Source of the DNA: Octopus bimaculoides
Taxonomy: Eukaryota
Direction of reading: 5' to 3'
DNA length: 33,468 bases
NCBI RefSeq assembly: GCF_001194135.2
Contig: NC_068982.1
Span: forward strand, 74,076,712 to 74,110,179
The position numbers and the translations under genes were made by a program. Within the stretch, counting starts at the first letter, position 1; each line of letters begins with the position of its first letter. Below are positions 10,973-22,189 of this stretch, piece by piece. A model generated the notes under the pieces. It made no database searches and was not told the origin of the DNA. It saw nothing but the letters and a program-made list of their open reading frames with translations.

Positions 10973-11324
10973 TCTAACTAAGGGATAAAATTAATGTAAA
11001 TTGTTCTGCTCTTAACTATCCTTTATACTGCTCCACCAACACTCAGAGAATAGTAATATATGTTACGTGTGATTGGTTGCTCAGAACCTGTTATTTTGGC
11101 CTGGAAATCTCTTTATTTTTGAGGTACTTATGTATGTCTATTTTTAGGGACTCATTGTCTAAATCTGTTTAATCCTTAGGTTAATGACAAAATTAACTTA
11201 CTGTTTGAATATGTTCACGACTAACAATACAAGTATTCAGATAAACAATGATTTTTAACTAAAACTATGCATCATTTATTTGACTGTTGTTTTTTTGTTA
11301 TTATTTATGAAATGGAAGTGTGGT

Positions 11325-11440
11325 AAGAAGCTTGCTTTGCAACCAAGTAGTTTCAGGTTCTGTTCCATGGCATAGCACCTTGAGCAAATGTTTATTAATA
11401 TAGCACCAGGCTGACCAATGCCATGTAAGTGAACTTGGTA
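11325..11440 (+). mobile_element. Degenerate SINE head type 1
   Basis: GTGTGGTAAGAAGCTTGCTT...CAGGTTC...CACCTTGAGCAAATGT. Confidence 0.65.
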
Positions 11441-11944
11441 GACGTATAGAAACCTGGGATAATTTACACAAGGGATAATTTACTGATTTGTATGGAGTTA
11501 CTTTCTCATAGATGAATAGTTAAGGAGTTGAAGGGCCTCATTTGTTCTGGGCCTGTTAGAGGCAATTCTGTAGCATGCTAATTGACCTATAGCTAGCACC
11601 CTGGCAGGTGCAACTATTCTGGATCAGATCTGGGAACAATAGTAACTATGAAGCAGTTCCACACTCCTCAAAACTTTGAAACTTCCAAACATAAGCAAGT
11701 ATTAAGTGCAATAACATGATAATGTGTTTTTCATTAGTCCTCAAGGATCTATGATCAAAAAGCATTCTCACTATGAACATTTCATCTGTTTGTGGGTGTG
11801 TAGGACTTTTTAAGATTGCTTGAAAGAGATTTGGCTGGTATTTCTAGCAGACTAGACAACTACGTGGGGTCTACATTCTTGACTTGAAGTAATTGAGTTG
11901 TATATTTTGGTAACTATTATGATTTATAGCAATTGGTCCCTCCC

Positions 11945-12320
11945 ACACATAGATACAAGGCCCTAAACAGGGAAGGGGTCAAATCTTTTATTATCAAGTC
12001 AAAAGTTTGATATTTTATTGTCCTTGGAAGGATGAAAAGCGAAGTTGACTTTAGGGAAATTTAAGCCCTGAATATAAAAAGGTGTAACTAAATACTGCAA
12101 GGTGTTTTACATGTATTTTAATGACTTTGCCAAGTAATTATGTCTAACATAGGCACAAGTCCATAGATTTTATGGGAGAGTTACACTAGATTATATTGAT
12201 CCCAATATATATCTGGTACTTTTATTTTATTGGCTTTGGAAAGATGAAATGCAAAGTTGACCTTGGTGGGATTTGAACTCAGAATGTAAAGGTTCTATAA
12301 CTAAATAGCACAATGTATTT
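11945..12320 (-). mobile_element. Two tandem degenerate head-type-2 SINEs
   Basis: Two occurrences of forward GGATGAAA..GCAAAGTTGAC(C/T)TT..G..ATTT.A.C.C.GAA at ~12030-12075 and ~12240-12290. Confidence 0.55.
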
Positions 12321-12334
12321 TATTTGATACTAGA

Positions 12335-12546
12335 ATTTAAACTGGTCCATGTCTGGCTAAAATATTCTTTGTTTAATGCTCAAACTGGCCAAATCAAGTC
12401 TCTTATACCTACCCTACAATGTCATACTAAAAGCAAACAATCACATTATATTAATCTTGAATCTATGAAATAATGCATGATTAATTCAAAAGAATGTAAA
12501 TAAATAAGCAGTACATTTGACAATAATCTGAATGCTAAAGGGTTAA
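12335..12546. mobile_element. TTAA-type (piggyBac-like) MITE family A
   Basis: Ends AATCTGAATGCTAAAGGG|TTAA; homologous to the copies at 29683-30127 and 30945-31169. Confidence 0.7.
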
Positions 12547-12840
12547 TGATTTGTCAATCAAAATAAGGCAGATACAGTTTGTAACAATTTAAAGCATGAT
12601 GACATATATTGTTGTTTTTTTTAGCTTGCAACTCACTGTTATCTTGCAGTGTGGAAGTCATGTTGACATACATGAAAAAAAAAAAATCTGCCCAAGGCCA
12701 CAGAGGGGAGTGGTTGATACTTATTTTGTTTTGCTCTCATTCTAAAACCTTTAAAGAAATACTGAAACAAAAGGCTATATTTTGCTGTAATTGGGTCGGC
12801 ACAAGCCAGTCCAGGGGCACTGGCAACGATCTGTAGGATT

Positions 12841-13118
12841 TTCGAGCGTGATCGTTGCCAGTGCCCCTGGACTGGCTTGTGCGGGTGGCACATAAAAGAC
12901 ACCATTTCGAGCGTGGCCGTTTTCGTGCGGGTGACACGTAAAAGCACCCACTACACTCTCTGAGTGGTTGGCGTTAGGAAGGGCATCCAGCTGTAGAAAC
13001 TCTGCCAAATCAGACTGGAGCCTGGTGTTGCCATCCGGTTTCACCAGTCCTCAGTCAAATCGTCCAACCCATGCTAGCATGGAAAGCGGACGTTAAACGA
13101 TGATGATGATGATGATGA
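12841..13118 (+). mobile_element. Very young RTE-type 3'UTR/tail copy
   Basis: CpG-intact, ends ...GCGGACGTTAAACG(ATG)6; 12855-13099 is identical to the reverse complement of 14866-15110. Confidence 0.9.
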
Positions 13119-13169
13119 ATCTGGATTTATTGTTAAAAGCAGAAAAGATAACATTCATGCTCTATTGTG

Positions 13170-13645
13170 TACTCTGCCATTGTGATTTTGATGGATGGTA
13201 AGGCAGTTACAGGACATGGTACCCCAGACAAACTAAAAGACAAGCTGAAGCAATGCAACGTTCCCTGGAAAAACAGAGCATCAGAATGCAGGACCTGGTG
13301 TCAGTCCTGCTTCTCCTCAGTTCAAAGATTAGAGCAAAGTTGACTCCAACATCAGGACCAATTTTCTGCAAGCATGAAGGCACACAGGCAAAACGCTGCT
13401 CCTCTAAATGGAAACCTTACCTGTCATTGTGGTTTTGTGGCATGAAATAAAGCAGGCCTGCCATCCACTTAAGAAAACACATAGTAAATGATCCACAAGC
13501 ACTAAAACAAACTGAATCCTCAACTTGTTCCATTTGCCAAAAGGTTTACAAGGCATCAGCAGGCCTCAAGAGACACCTTTGTGTCCATAGAACATGATTA
13601 ATGCTTCATTGTACTGAACCCCCATTTGTTATTCATGAAAAGAGA
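13170..13645 (+). mobile_element. Degenerate RTE (BovB-like) ORF C-terminus with two C2H2 zinc fingers
   Basis: KDKLKQCNVPWKNRASECRTWCQSCFSSVQRLEQS*LQHQ...TCHCGFVA*NKAGL.. and CSICQKVYKASAGLKRHLCVH (13526-13588); stops and frameshifts present. Confidence 0.65.
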
Positions 13646-13904
13646 ATCCATCATGTGTGTGTGTGTGTGTGAGAACACAGAACTTGATGAGCTAAAAGTA
13701 GTATTTAGATGTTCCTGAACCATCTTTCAGAAACTTTTATGTCATCTTGAAATGTTGTGATGCTCTGTTGAATTTACTAGTGATCTAATTATGAATAACT
13801 TTTAATGATGCAATGTTGAGTGAATCAAAGTAATGTTATGAACTACAGCAATTAAACTGAAATTAGTCATATATAGGTGTATACATATACTATTCATCAG
13901 GTGT

Positions 13905-14023
13905 CTCGACTACTAAATCCACTTACAAAGCTTTGGTGGAAGACACTTGCTCAAAGTGTCACACAGTGGGACTGAACCTGTAACCACATAGTTGAGAAGC
14001 CAAGTTTCTTAACCATACAGCCA
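13905..14023 (-). mobile_element. SINE head type 1, internally deleted
   Basis: Forward AAATCCACTTACAAAGCTTTGGT...GAAGACACTTGC...GGGACTGAACC...ACCATACAGCCAC. Confidence 0.7.
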
Positions 14024-14157
14024 CCCCTGTACTTTGAGCCAAATCCAAAATTTGGTTCTGAGTTTGATAATTTTCTTTGCTTACATTACTAATGTCATTG
14101 GAAAATGTATGAAGACTACATGTTCCAATTAGATTGTTTTTTAATTGAAAGTTGTAA

Positions 14158-14282
14158 GCATGGTTGTGTGATTAAAAAATTTGCTTCCCAACCTCATGGT
14201 TTCAGGTTCAGTCCCACTGCATAACATCATGGACAAGTGTCTTGTGGGTGGATTTAATTGACTGAAACTGAAAGAAGCCTGT
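14158..14282 (+). mobile_element. SINE head type 1
   Basis: GGTTGTGTG...CAGGTTCAGTCCCACTGC...GGACAAGTGTCTT...GAAACTGAAAGAAGCC. Confidence 0.7.
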
Positions 14283-14512
14283 TTTTCGTTCAGCCATTTC
14301 ATCGTGTTGAACTGTTAATCCCTACACATTTTTTGTTCTCTCTGTTTTTTTCCTCTCAATCCTTTCTGTTGAAGAGCGAAGGATCAAAACATCAAAGACT
14401 TTTCCATTTTTCCCAAGTGTTAAACTAATACACCTGCTTGTTGTTCCTTCACCCATCTTTGACTTTTGTTTTCTGTAAATTTGAGCTATATATATATATA
14501 TATATACATATA

Positions 14513-14660
14513 TCATCAGCATCATCGTTTAACGTCCGCTTTCCATGCTAGCATGGGTTGGACGATTTGACTGAGGACTGGTGAAACCGGATGGCAACAC
14601 CAGGCTCCAATCTAATTTGGCAGAGTTTCTACAGCTGGATGCCCTTCCTAACGCGCCAAC
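14513..14660 (-). mobile_element. Young RTE-type tail, 5'-truncated
   Basis: Near-identical to 14866-14995; inserted in a TA microsatellite next to an N-gap. Confidence 0.85.
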
Positions 14661-14689
14661 CATATGTATATANNNNNNNNNNNNNNNNN

Positions 14690-14723
<34 letters not shown>

Positions 14724-14842
14724 GCTGAATTACCTGGTAATACCTGGAGAAGCAAGGATTATTTCCAGTTCCCATTCTCATTACACTGTTTCATGTCCTA
14801 TCCCGTTCCCTGTTCAGTCACCCATTTTAGTTGCACTCCCCA

Positions 14843-15110
14843 ATCATCATCATCATCATCATCATCGTTTAACGTCCGCTTTCCATGCTAGCATGGGTTG
14901 GACGATTTGACTGAGGACTGGTGAAACCGGATGGCAACACCAGGCTCCAGTCTGATTTGGCAGAGTTTCTACAGCTGGATGCCCTTCCTAACGCCAACCA
15001 CTCAGAGAGTGTAGTGGGTGCTTTTACGTGTCACCCGCACGAAAACGGCCACGCTCGAAATGGTGTCTTTTATGTGCCACCCGCACAAGCCAGTCCAGGG
15101 GCACTGGCAA
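14843..15110 (-). mobile_element. Very young RTE-type 3'UTR/tail copy
   Basis: (CAT)7 then CGTTTAACGTCCGCTTTCCATGC...; inverted identical partner of 12855-13099. Confidence 0.9.
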
Positions 15111-16069
15111 TCCTATGCCAATATATAAATTTTAGAATCAGTTAGGTGTAAATAAGCCATGGTTGTGTCTTCAGCTTCTCTTGCGCATTGGTGTGACTTT
15201 CTATCTGCATTAAGACTAGCTTCTCTCTCTCTCTTGCTGTTCTGCTTGCCTTTACTCTTTAATGGGCTGCTCTATCTGCAGTTAGGCGAGCTTCTCTCTG
15301 TTGCTGTCTCCTGATGAAATACAAAAAGGATAAATAATTTTACTTGTGAGTAATCACCTAAACATATAAGTTTAAAAATTTGTTCATTTTAGTCATACTA
15401 ATGTGGGTAATATTGGATGGGAAACTGGGGAGTTGTGGGACATGGGATGGGTGATTTGAAGTGGATGATATGGGATGGTTCACCTGGGGCAGGTGACATG
15501 GGATGTGTAACATGGGATTGGTGCTGAAGTACTTCAAAAAGCATTGCTTTTTTCTGAATTTATAAATGAGAGCAATAATTGTACACAAAATGTGAAACAA
15601 AACTTGTAGGGCTATACAGTAGGATGATCAAAATCCAGATTATTTAAATTCTTTACCCACTCTAGTCAATTAAGCTTAGTAAAAAAAATCAGTCTTTGCA
15701 TGAGCATGGTATACCTGTGAACGCCTTTACCACATTTGTCATTTGCGTGCAGTTTTAGAGCTAAGCTTTGCTCACTTTCGTGGTGGCATTGTGTTCTTGT
15801 ACTTCAAAGCTAGGGTAGGAGGAGAGAGCGCACCATTAGACATACACATAGCTTTCTTTTTGTAGTTTAAGGATTGCAAATTAAATTGTAGTTTAAGTGG
15901 TAGCAAATAAAATTATGTACCTTTTAAAGAAAACTTCTTGTCAGAAAATCCACATATTGTAGCTGGGATTGTAGCGTGTTGTAGCTTATCATAGTATGGC
16001 CGTATCTCGTGTTGCGTGATAAAAATGATTAAGATGTTATGGTGATTTGGATTCAATTCATCAAATTAA

Positions 16070-16260
16070 CCTCATGGTGAACCAACTTCCAGGTCATTGG
16101 TCATTACATTGTTCCATGTTCTATCCATGAATCCTGTAGTTGACCGTGTTTTTAATGTGGCCTTAGTGTGACATACAGGCGCTGCATGCAAAATTGTTTT
16201 CCTTTTGGAAAGCCAAGTTGTTCTCACGAAGGTCGCACGCTGTTTATATGAAGGAGTGCA
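16070..16260 (-). mobile_element. Possible highly decayed Tc1-like transposase relic
   Basis: Patchy minus-strand motifs across frames: TACDLRENNL (cf. TVRxRLRExGL), HA-RLYV (cf. RRPYV) and WNNVM. Several frameshifts are required. Confidence 0.3.
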
Positions 16261-16496
16261 TGTTTGAGCCTTGCACAAACCTTACTTGATTCATGTCAGT
16301 AGATGTCTTATTGATTTGTAAACATGTACTACAACCCCACTCTATGGGGCCCATTATAGATTTTTATTGAAATCCAACTAGCCTTATAATTCAACTGGGT
16401 GTTAGTTTGACATGTATGCAAAGTTTCTAGAAGAATGGTTCATTGGTGTAGGCAGCAAGGTAGTATCAGACAGATAGACAGACAGAAATTGCCATT

Positions 16497-16529
<33 letters not shown>

Positions 16530-16539
16530 GTATGCACGT

Positions 16540-16780
16540 CTGTTTGTGGCTCCTTTTCTTAGCATGAAAGTTGTAAACACGTGTCATTGTCATTACAAGT
16601 GGTGAGCATCATTTTCAAACTTCTGTGAAATCTTGTCTGGCCATAAGAAAATGTTATCTTGCTTGGATACTGGTGAGGGTGGGTGACAAGAAGAGCATTT
16701 GGTGGTAGAAAATCTGCTTCAATGAATTCTGTCCTACTCATGGTAGTATAGAAAAGTGGACATTAAAATGATGATGATGA
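16540..16780 (+). mobile_element. 3' half of composite SINE (linker plus RTE-type tail)
   Basis: GTCTGGCCATAAG...TTGCTTGGA...GGTGAGGGT...GTAGAAAATCTGC...GCATT/GGACATTAAAATGATGATGATG. Confidence 0.65.
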
Positions 16781-17199
16781 AAGCCTTGTGCACGCATAGG
16801 AAATTATAAAGAACATTTAGGGGTAATAGAGCAAAATTGAAAGAAAAAAAAAAATAAAATATTCAAAAATAACAAATATTGAAATTTATGGAAAAATTGT
16901 TAGGAATGACTAAATAAATAAACTTGATTACCCTGTAGATAAAACTGTATGATAATAAGCTGCTGTCAGTGTCACATCAGCTTTTTTTTTAGTCAATCCA
17001 TTTGGACATTTTGGCAAAAACACCTAATAGGTACTTGTTATGATCACCTATTTGTGTTTGTATGAATGAATCTACTTGAAGAGAGAGATGATGACCCACA
17101 ATCTGTAAGCACAAGGTGGTATCAGATAGTTTTGAGTGGTGAGTAAATTGGTTCCATTAACAACTTAGACTTAGCTTTGTCCCATACCCTAAGACTCAT

Positions 17200-17443
17200 A
17201 AGGCTAGTTTCCCTGGCTTATAAGTGATCTGAGACTACAACACTCCGGAATGAGATGTCAGTCTGTCACAGGATTAACTTTCCAGCTATTGCTGGAATTC
17301 ATTTATTGCTAAGTAGACTGGAGTAGCATGAAATGAAGTGTTTTTTTCTCAAAAACACAATGCACTGCTTAGTCTGGGAATGGAAACCACAATCTTATGA
17401 TTGCGAGTGCAACACCTTAACCACTAGGCCATGTGCCTTCACT
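17200..17443 (-). mobile_element. tRNA-derived SINE, head type 3, degenerate
   Basis: Reverse complement GAAGGCACATGGCCTAGTGGTTAAGGTGTTGCACTCGC...GTGGTTTCCATTCCCAGAC contains A-box and B-box; related to 23409-23800 and 31520-31668. Confidence 0.7.
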
Positions 17444-18232
17444 CAACTGTATTATATTAAATTGATATATATCTGAGTGGAGCTAACCAAGACTGCTCAA
17501 CTATATTATTAATCATCATACAGCTTTTGCTTGGCTATGTTGGCCAATATCCCAAATATGTTGGCCTTTTTTTACCAGATGGTCTCTTTTTTTTTTTGAC
17601 AGGCCACTTGTGTTGATGTTGGCATGGAATGAAGTAAATTTAATTCTTCCCTCTATTCTACTTGCCAACTGTTGTCTATAAATGTTTCTCTCCATTATGA
17701 TTTCTAATCGTATTTTTTTATTTTTTTTAATGTTTTGCTTTTGTCAAAAGAACAAACAAATATAAGACCACTCCACTGGCACTATCGCAAAAGGCTAGTG
17801 TTTTTATTCTAATTTAGTATTTTATCTTGAAACTGGTTCGACCATGCACTTGTCTTCTGCATGTAATTTCTGTATTGAAGATTACTGGGTCCTGAATGTG
17901 TTGTGGAAAGTAGAGCTGATTGAATTAGATGCTTTACAGTTCATTGCCCCATTTTGTTTATCATTTCCCCAGTATTGCCATAATGGATACTAGTAATATA
18001 CTGGGCTTGAATTTGTTGATTCTGTATTTGATGCTGTCCTGCTGTAAAAGACCCACTCCAATAATTCTTACAAATAACACACAGAGATGCAATTCTCTGA
18101 CTGTCTGTGTGAGCAGTAACTTCTGAACATGTGCTGACTCTAACTGTAGTGACCTGTCCAACCCATGCCAGCATGGGTACTGAACGTAATGATGTATGAA
18201 ATAACATTCACTAAGTTATTGTAAGATAAGAA

Positions 18233-18340
18233 ATCATCATCATCATCATTTAATGCTTATGTTCGTTGCTGACATGGGTTGGATGGTTTGATAGGATCCG
18301 ATGGGCCCAAGGACTGCATCATACTCAGTGTCTGCTTTAG
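18233..18340 (-). mobile_element. Degenerate RTE-type tail
   Basis: (CAT)n-TTAATG...GACATGGGTTGGATGGTTTGA. Confidence 0.6.
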
Positions 18341-18452
18341 CTTTGTTTTGACAGTTGGAGGCTGTTATTAACCTGTCGTGGGCCGGCGGGGTTGGAATTA
18401 CACAAAAGGCTATTGGGGTCCTGAGGGACGCCCTTTATTTTTGTGCATTTCC

Positions 18453-18635
18453 TCAGGAGTGGCTGTGTGGTAAGTAGCTTGCTTACCAACCACATGGTTC
18501 CGGGTTCAGTCCTACTGCGTGGCACCTTGGGCAAGTGTCTTCTACTATAGCCTCGGGCCGACCAAAGCCTTGTGAGTGGATTTGGTGGACGGAAACTGAA
18601 AGAAACCCGTCGTATATATATATATATATATATAT
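18453..18635 (+). mobile_element. Young tRNA-derived SINE head type 1 (CORE-like central motif)
   Basis: GGAGTGGCTGTGTGGTAAG (A box), CCGGGTTCAGTCC (B box), GGCACCTTGGGCAAGTGTCTTCTAC core, ends in (TA)n at a gap. Confidence 0.85.
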
Positions 18636-19137
18636 NNNNNNNNNNNNNNNNNNNNNNNNNNNNNNNNNNNNNNNNNNNNNNNNNNNNNNNNNNNNNNNNN
18701 NNNNNNNNNNNNNNNNNNNNNNNNNNNNNNNNNNNNNNNNNNNNNNNNNNNNNNNNNNNNNNNNNNNNNNNNNNNNNNNNNNNNNNNNNNNNNNNNNNNN
18801 NNNNNNNNNNNNNNNNNNNNNNNNNNNNNNNNNNNNNNNNNNNNNNNNNNNNNNNNNNNNNNNNNNNNNNNNNNNNNNNNNNNNNNNNNNNNNNNNNNNN
18901 NNNNNNNNNNNNNNNNNNNNNNNNNNNNNNNNNNNNNNNNNNNNNNNNNNNNNNNNNNNNNNNNNNNNNTGTATGTATGTGTGAGTGCATGATACAGAAC
19001 AAGAAATTTAGCACCTTATAGGTATATATTTGTAATTATTAGCATTTAATGGAGGGGAATTAAAATATAATTTATTGACTGAAAAAAAAACCTTTATTGA
19101 AAGAAATCAACATCTTTTATAGTTTTATGAGCTACAC

Positions 19138-19286
19138 ATCATCATCATCATCATCGTTTAACGTCCGCTTTCCATGCTAGCATGGGTTGGACGATTTGAC
19201 TGAGGACTGGTGCAACCGGATGGCTACACCAGTCTCCAATCTAATTTGGCAGAGTTTCTACAGCTGGATGCCCTTCCTAACGCCAA
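19138..19286 (-). mobile_element. Young RTE-type tail, 5'-truncated
   Basis: (CAT)n-CGTTTAACGTCCGCTTTCCATGCTAG...GGATGCCCTTCCTAACGCCAA. Confidence 0.85.
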
Positions 19287-19986
19287 TACATATAGCACTA
19301 AATATAAAATAAAACAAAATTGTTTAGTATATTGATTCATACTAGTACAAATACAAAGAAAATTGACTTATAGTTCATTGGAATATCTGAAAGAAGAGCA
19401 AGAAAAAATAATTTCACAGAAGGCCAATGGAGTCCAATGACCATATTTTTATGCCATAACATCCATATGGCTGGAAATTTTTAACTTAAAAATTTTATGC
19501 GCATACATGAACTATTGACAAGAAAAATCATGAGATATAAAATCATTTAAATAAAAGAATGTCGAAATTGCTTAACTTTTAAAATTTGCTGGGGTCTCAA
19601 GGAGCCCCACCTGCCCATGAAGGGTTAACACCAATCATTTTACAGTGTATACTTGGTTCCTTTTTTCATGCCACCACCGTTAGTGAAGTCATCATGCAGT
19701 TTATTAGACTATGAAACTCTGGGGTGGCAGCTTAATGCTAGGAAATGAAGGGTTAAAGTATGAGAAGCAAAAGGCCAGAGCAGTACAGGTTTCCTATTGC
19801 AAAGAAGCTTATAAGACTGCTCAATTTTTAGAAGAGTGGTAGGAGTGATTGGGTGGAATTGGAAAGGGATAACAATAATAGTGATGAGGTGTCTGGATGG
19901 ACCCTCAAGGTATGAGATGAGTGGCGAGAGAGGAACCAGAGATGTGAGTGGGTAGAGGTTGCAAGGGCATATGACAGATTGAGAAA

Positions 19987-20191
19987 AAGGCGGCAAGCTA
20001 GCAGAAATGTTAGCACGCGGGGCGAAATGCTTAGCGGTATTTCGTCTGTCTTTATGTTCTGAGTTCAAGTTCTGCCAAGGTCAACTTTGCCTTTCATCCT
20101 TTTGGGGTCGATAAATTAAGTACCAGTTACGTACTGGGGTCAATATAATTGACTGGCCTCCTCCCCCAAAATTTTGGGCTTTGTGCCTAGA
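19987..20191 (+). mobile_element. SINE head type 2 with Meta-like core
   Basis: GGCGGCAAGCTAGCAGAAATGTTAGC...GTCAACTTTGCCTTTCATCCTTTTGGGGTCGATAAATTAAGTACCAG. The core resembles the MetaSINE domain (recalled, needs checking). Confidence 0.85.
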
Positions 20192-20469
20192 NNNNNNNNN
20201 NNNNNNNNNNNNNNNNNNNNNNNNNNNNNNNNNNNNNNNNNNNNNNNNNNNNNNNNNNNNNNNNNNNNNNNNNNNNNNNNNNNNNNNNNNNNNNNNNNNN
20301 NNNNNNNNNNNNNNNNNNNNNNNNNNNNNNNNNNNNNNNNNNNNNNNNNNNNNNNNNNNNNNNNNNNNNNNNNNNNNNNNNNNNNNNNNNNNNNNNNNNN
20401 NNNNNNNNNNNNNNNNNNNNNNNNNNNNNNNNNNNNNATTTCATCTTCCACTCCTTCCTTTCTTCAAAC

Positions 20470-20785
20470 AAGGTTGCTTTGCAATCATGTGGTCTTGGGT
20501 TCAATCCCATTGCATGTCACTTTGGGCCTGCGATGAATTTGGTAGACAGAAACTGAGAAAGCTCATTTTGTGCATGTGTGTGCGTTCGTCCATTCCCCAC
20601 CACTTGCTTGACAACTGCTGTTGGTTTGCTTACATCCCCATAACTTAGCAGTTCACTAAAAAAGGTCAATAGAATAAGCACCAGACTTATTTATTAAGTA
20701 CTGGGGTGATTTGTTCAACCAAACCTTTCAAGGCAGTGCATCAGCATGGCTGCAGTTCAATGTTGAAACAAGTAAAAGACAAGAG
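20470..20785 (+). mobile_element. SINE head type 1 with tail B
   Basis: GGGTTCAATCCC B box...GGTAGACAGAAACTGA...AATAGAATAAGCACCAG...GAAACAAGTAAAAGA. Confidence 0.7.
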
Positions 20786-20942
20786 ATTTTATATACCCAA
20801 GGTGGGTCGTTTTCTTTTGTTTACATTTATATCTTAAGAATATTGTGAATGATTCTTAGTTAGACTAACTTTATTTAGTGTATTAATGTGTCTGAGAGGA
20901 TTAGGGTTAATACTTTAGCCAAATGTTTTTGTATTTTATAGA

Positions 20943-21335
20943 TGCAGGTGTGGCTGTGTTAACATGCTTGCTTCTCAAACCATTTGGTCTAGAGTCCAGT
21001 CGCAGTGTATGACAGCTTGGGCAAGTGTCTTCTACTATAGCCTTGGGCCAGTCAAAGCCTTGTGACAAGCTGAAAGAAGTCTATGTGTGTGTCTACCCTT
21101 GATTTGATGTGTGGTTTTAAATGAGTGTCGCTGTTATGCAACTGATGTTTATTTCTAGTCCTCTACAAAAAAAAAAAAAAAAACCCATCTGGCCAATAAG
21201 GAAATATCTTGCTTGGAAACAGATAAGGGTTGGCAACAGGAAAGGTAACTGGCTGTATAAAATCTACCTCAACTAATTCCATCTGACCTGTGCAAGTATG
21301 GAAAAAGTATGGATGTTAAACCATGATGATGATGA
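20943..21335 (+). mobile_element. Composite SINE: head type 1, linker and RTE-type (GAT)n tail
   Basis: GCAGGTGTGGCTGTG head, CTTGGGCAAGTGTCTTCTAC core, GGTTGGCAACAGGAAAGG motif, GATGATGATGAT tail. Confidence 0.75.
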
Positions 21336-22189
21336 TCAATTTTGATCCTTACAGTCACGTGTAGTAAAACTTTGTTTTGAGTCTTGTCTACTTTGCAAAA
21401 TAAGGTGATCAACTTAGATTGAGTAACTGCAACTAAGACTTGGAATAATAGACTTGACTCTGTTGATACTAAATCACCTGAGAACAATCTGGTTGTGTAA
21501 TACAAACTTTTTTTAAAATGATGTAAATTTACACCTCCCACCAAACTTGCATTTTAATTTATTTGCCAAACACCAGCTTATTTGAAACAAAACATTGTAT
21601 TTTAGCAGAAATATGGTAATGAAAGGTTTAAGGTAATCTAAATTAAAACATTCTATCAAAATTACATATTAATTTTTGTTCGAAACAGTAGCTTAGTAAT
21701 GACTAAGTTATTTTACTTAATTCTTCATAAATTTCAAAATTAATAGTAACAGAAGTAATGTATTTCAGCAGACATGGTAACAGAATGGTTAGACATGTAT
21801 TGATTCATTGATAGACTATTGGTCTAAGACTCTAATTGATATTCTGGGTTAGAGTTCAGATTTTACTTTTGATTACATTCGTTATCCATCTTGCTCTTGA
21901 AAGAAGCCTGTTATCTCTGTCTCATACGTGTGTGTGTGTGTGTGTAGGTCATCTCTACAGGTTTTCTATTGAAATTAGAACCAGCACTGATTTTGTTACA
22001 ATGTTTCTTTCGTATCCAAGTGCTGGCTATAATTTCTATAGAAAATCTGTAGAGATGACCTTAACACATGGTTTAAGTGCATTGCTAACACAATAGTACA
22101 CGCTATTGACTTATAAAAGCACTTAATATACTTTATAGCATATTATGGTTGCATAATGAAATACCGTGTGCCTACAAGTCATTAATGTG

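Noticed and set aside
15311-15360. CTGATGA hammerhead-like box (also on the minus strand at ~13893, ~24406 and ~32304)
   Set aside because: No properly placed stem II/GAAA/stem I; expected by chance
17603-17633. 31-nt exon candidate (TTTTGACAG|...GAA|GTAAAT; PLVLMLAWNE)
   Set aside because: Its only open frame is incompatible with the phases of the other candidate exons, and the donor is mediocre
18337-20648. Long ORFs of 103-225 aa in the ORF track
   Set aside because: They are open only because they run through N-gaps and microsatellites
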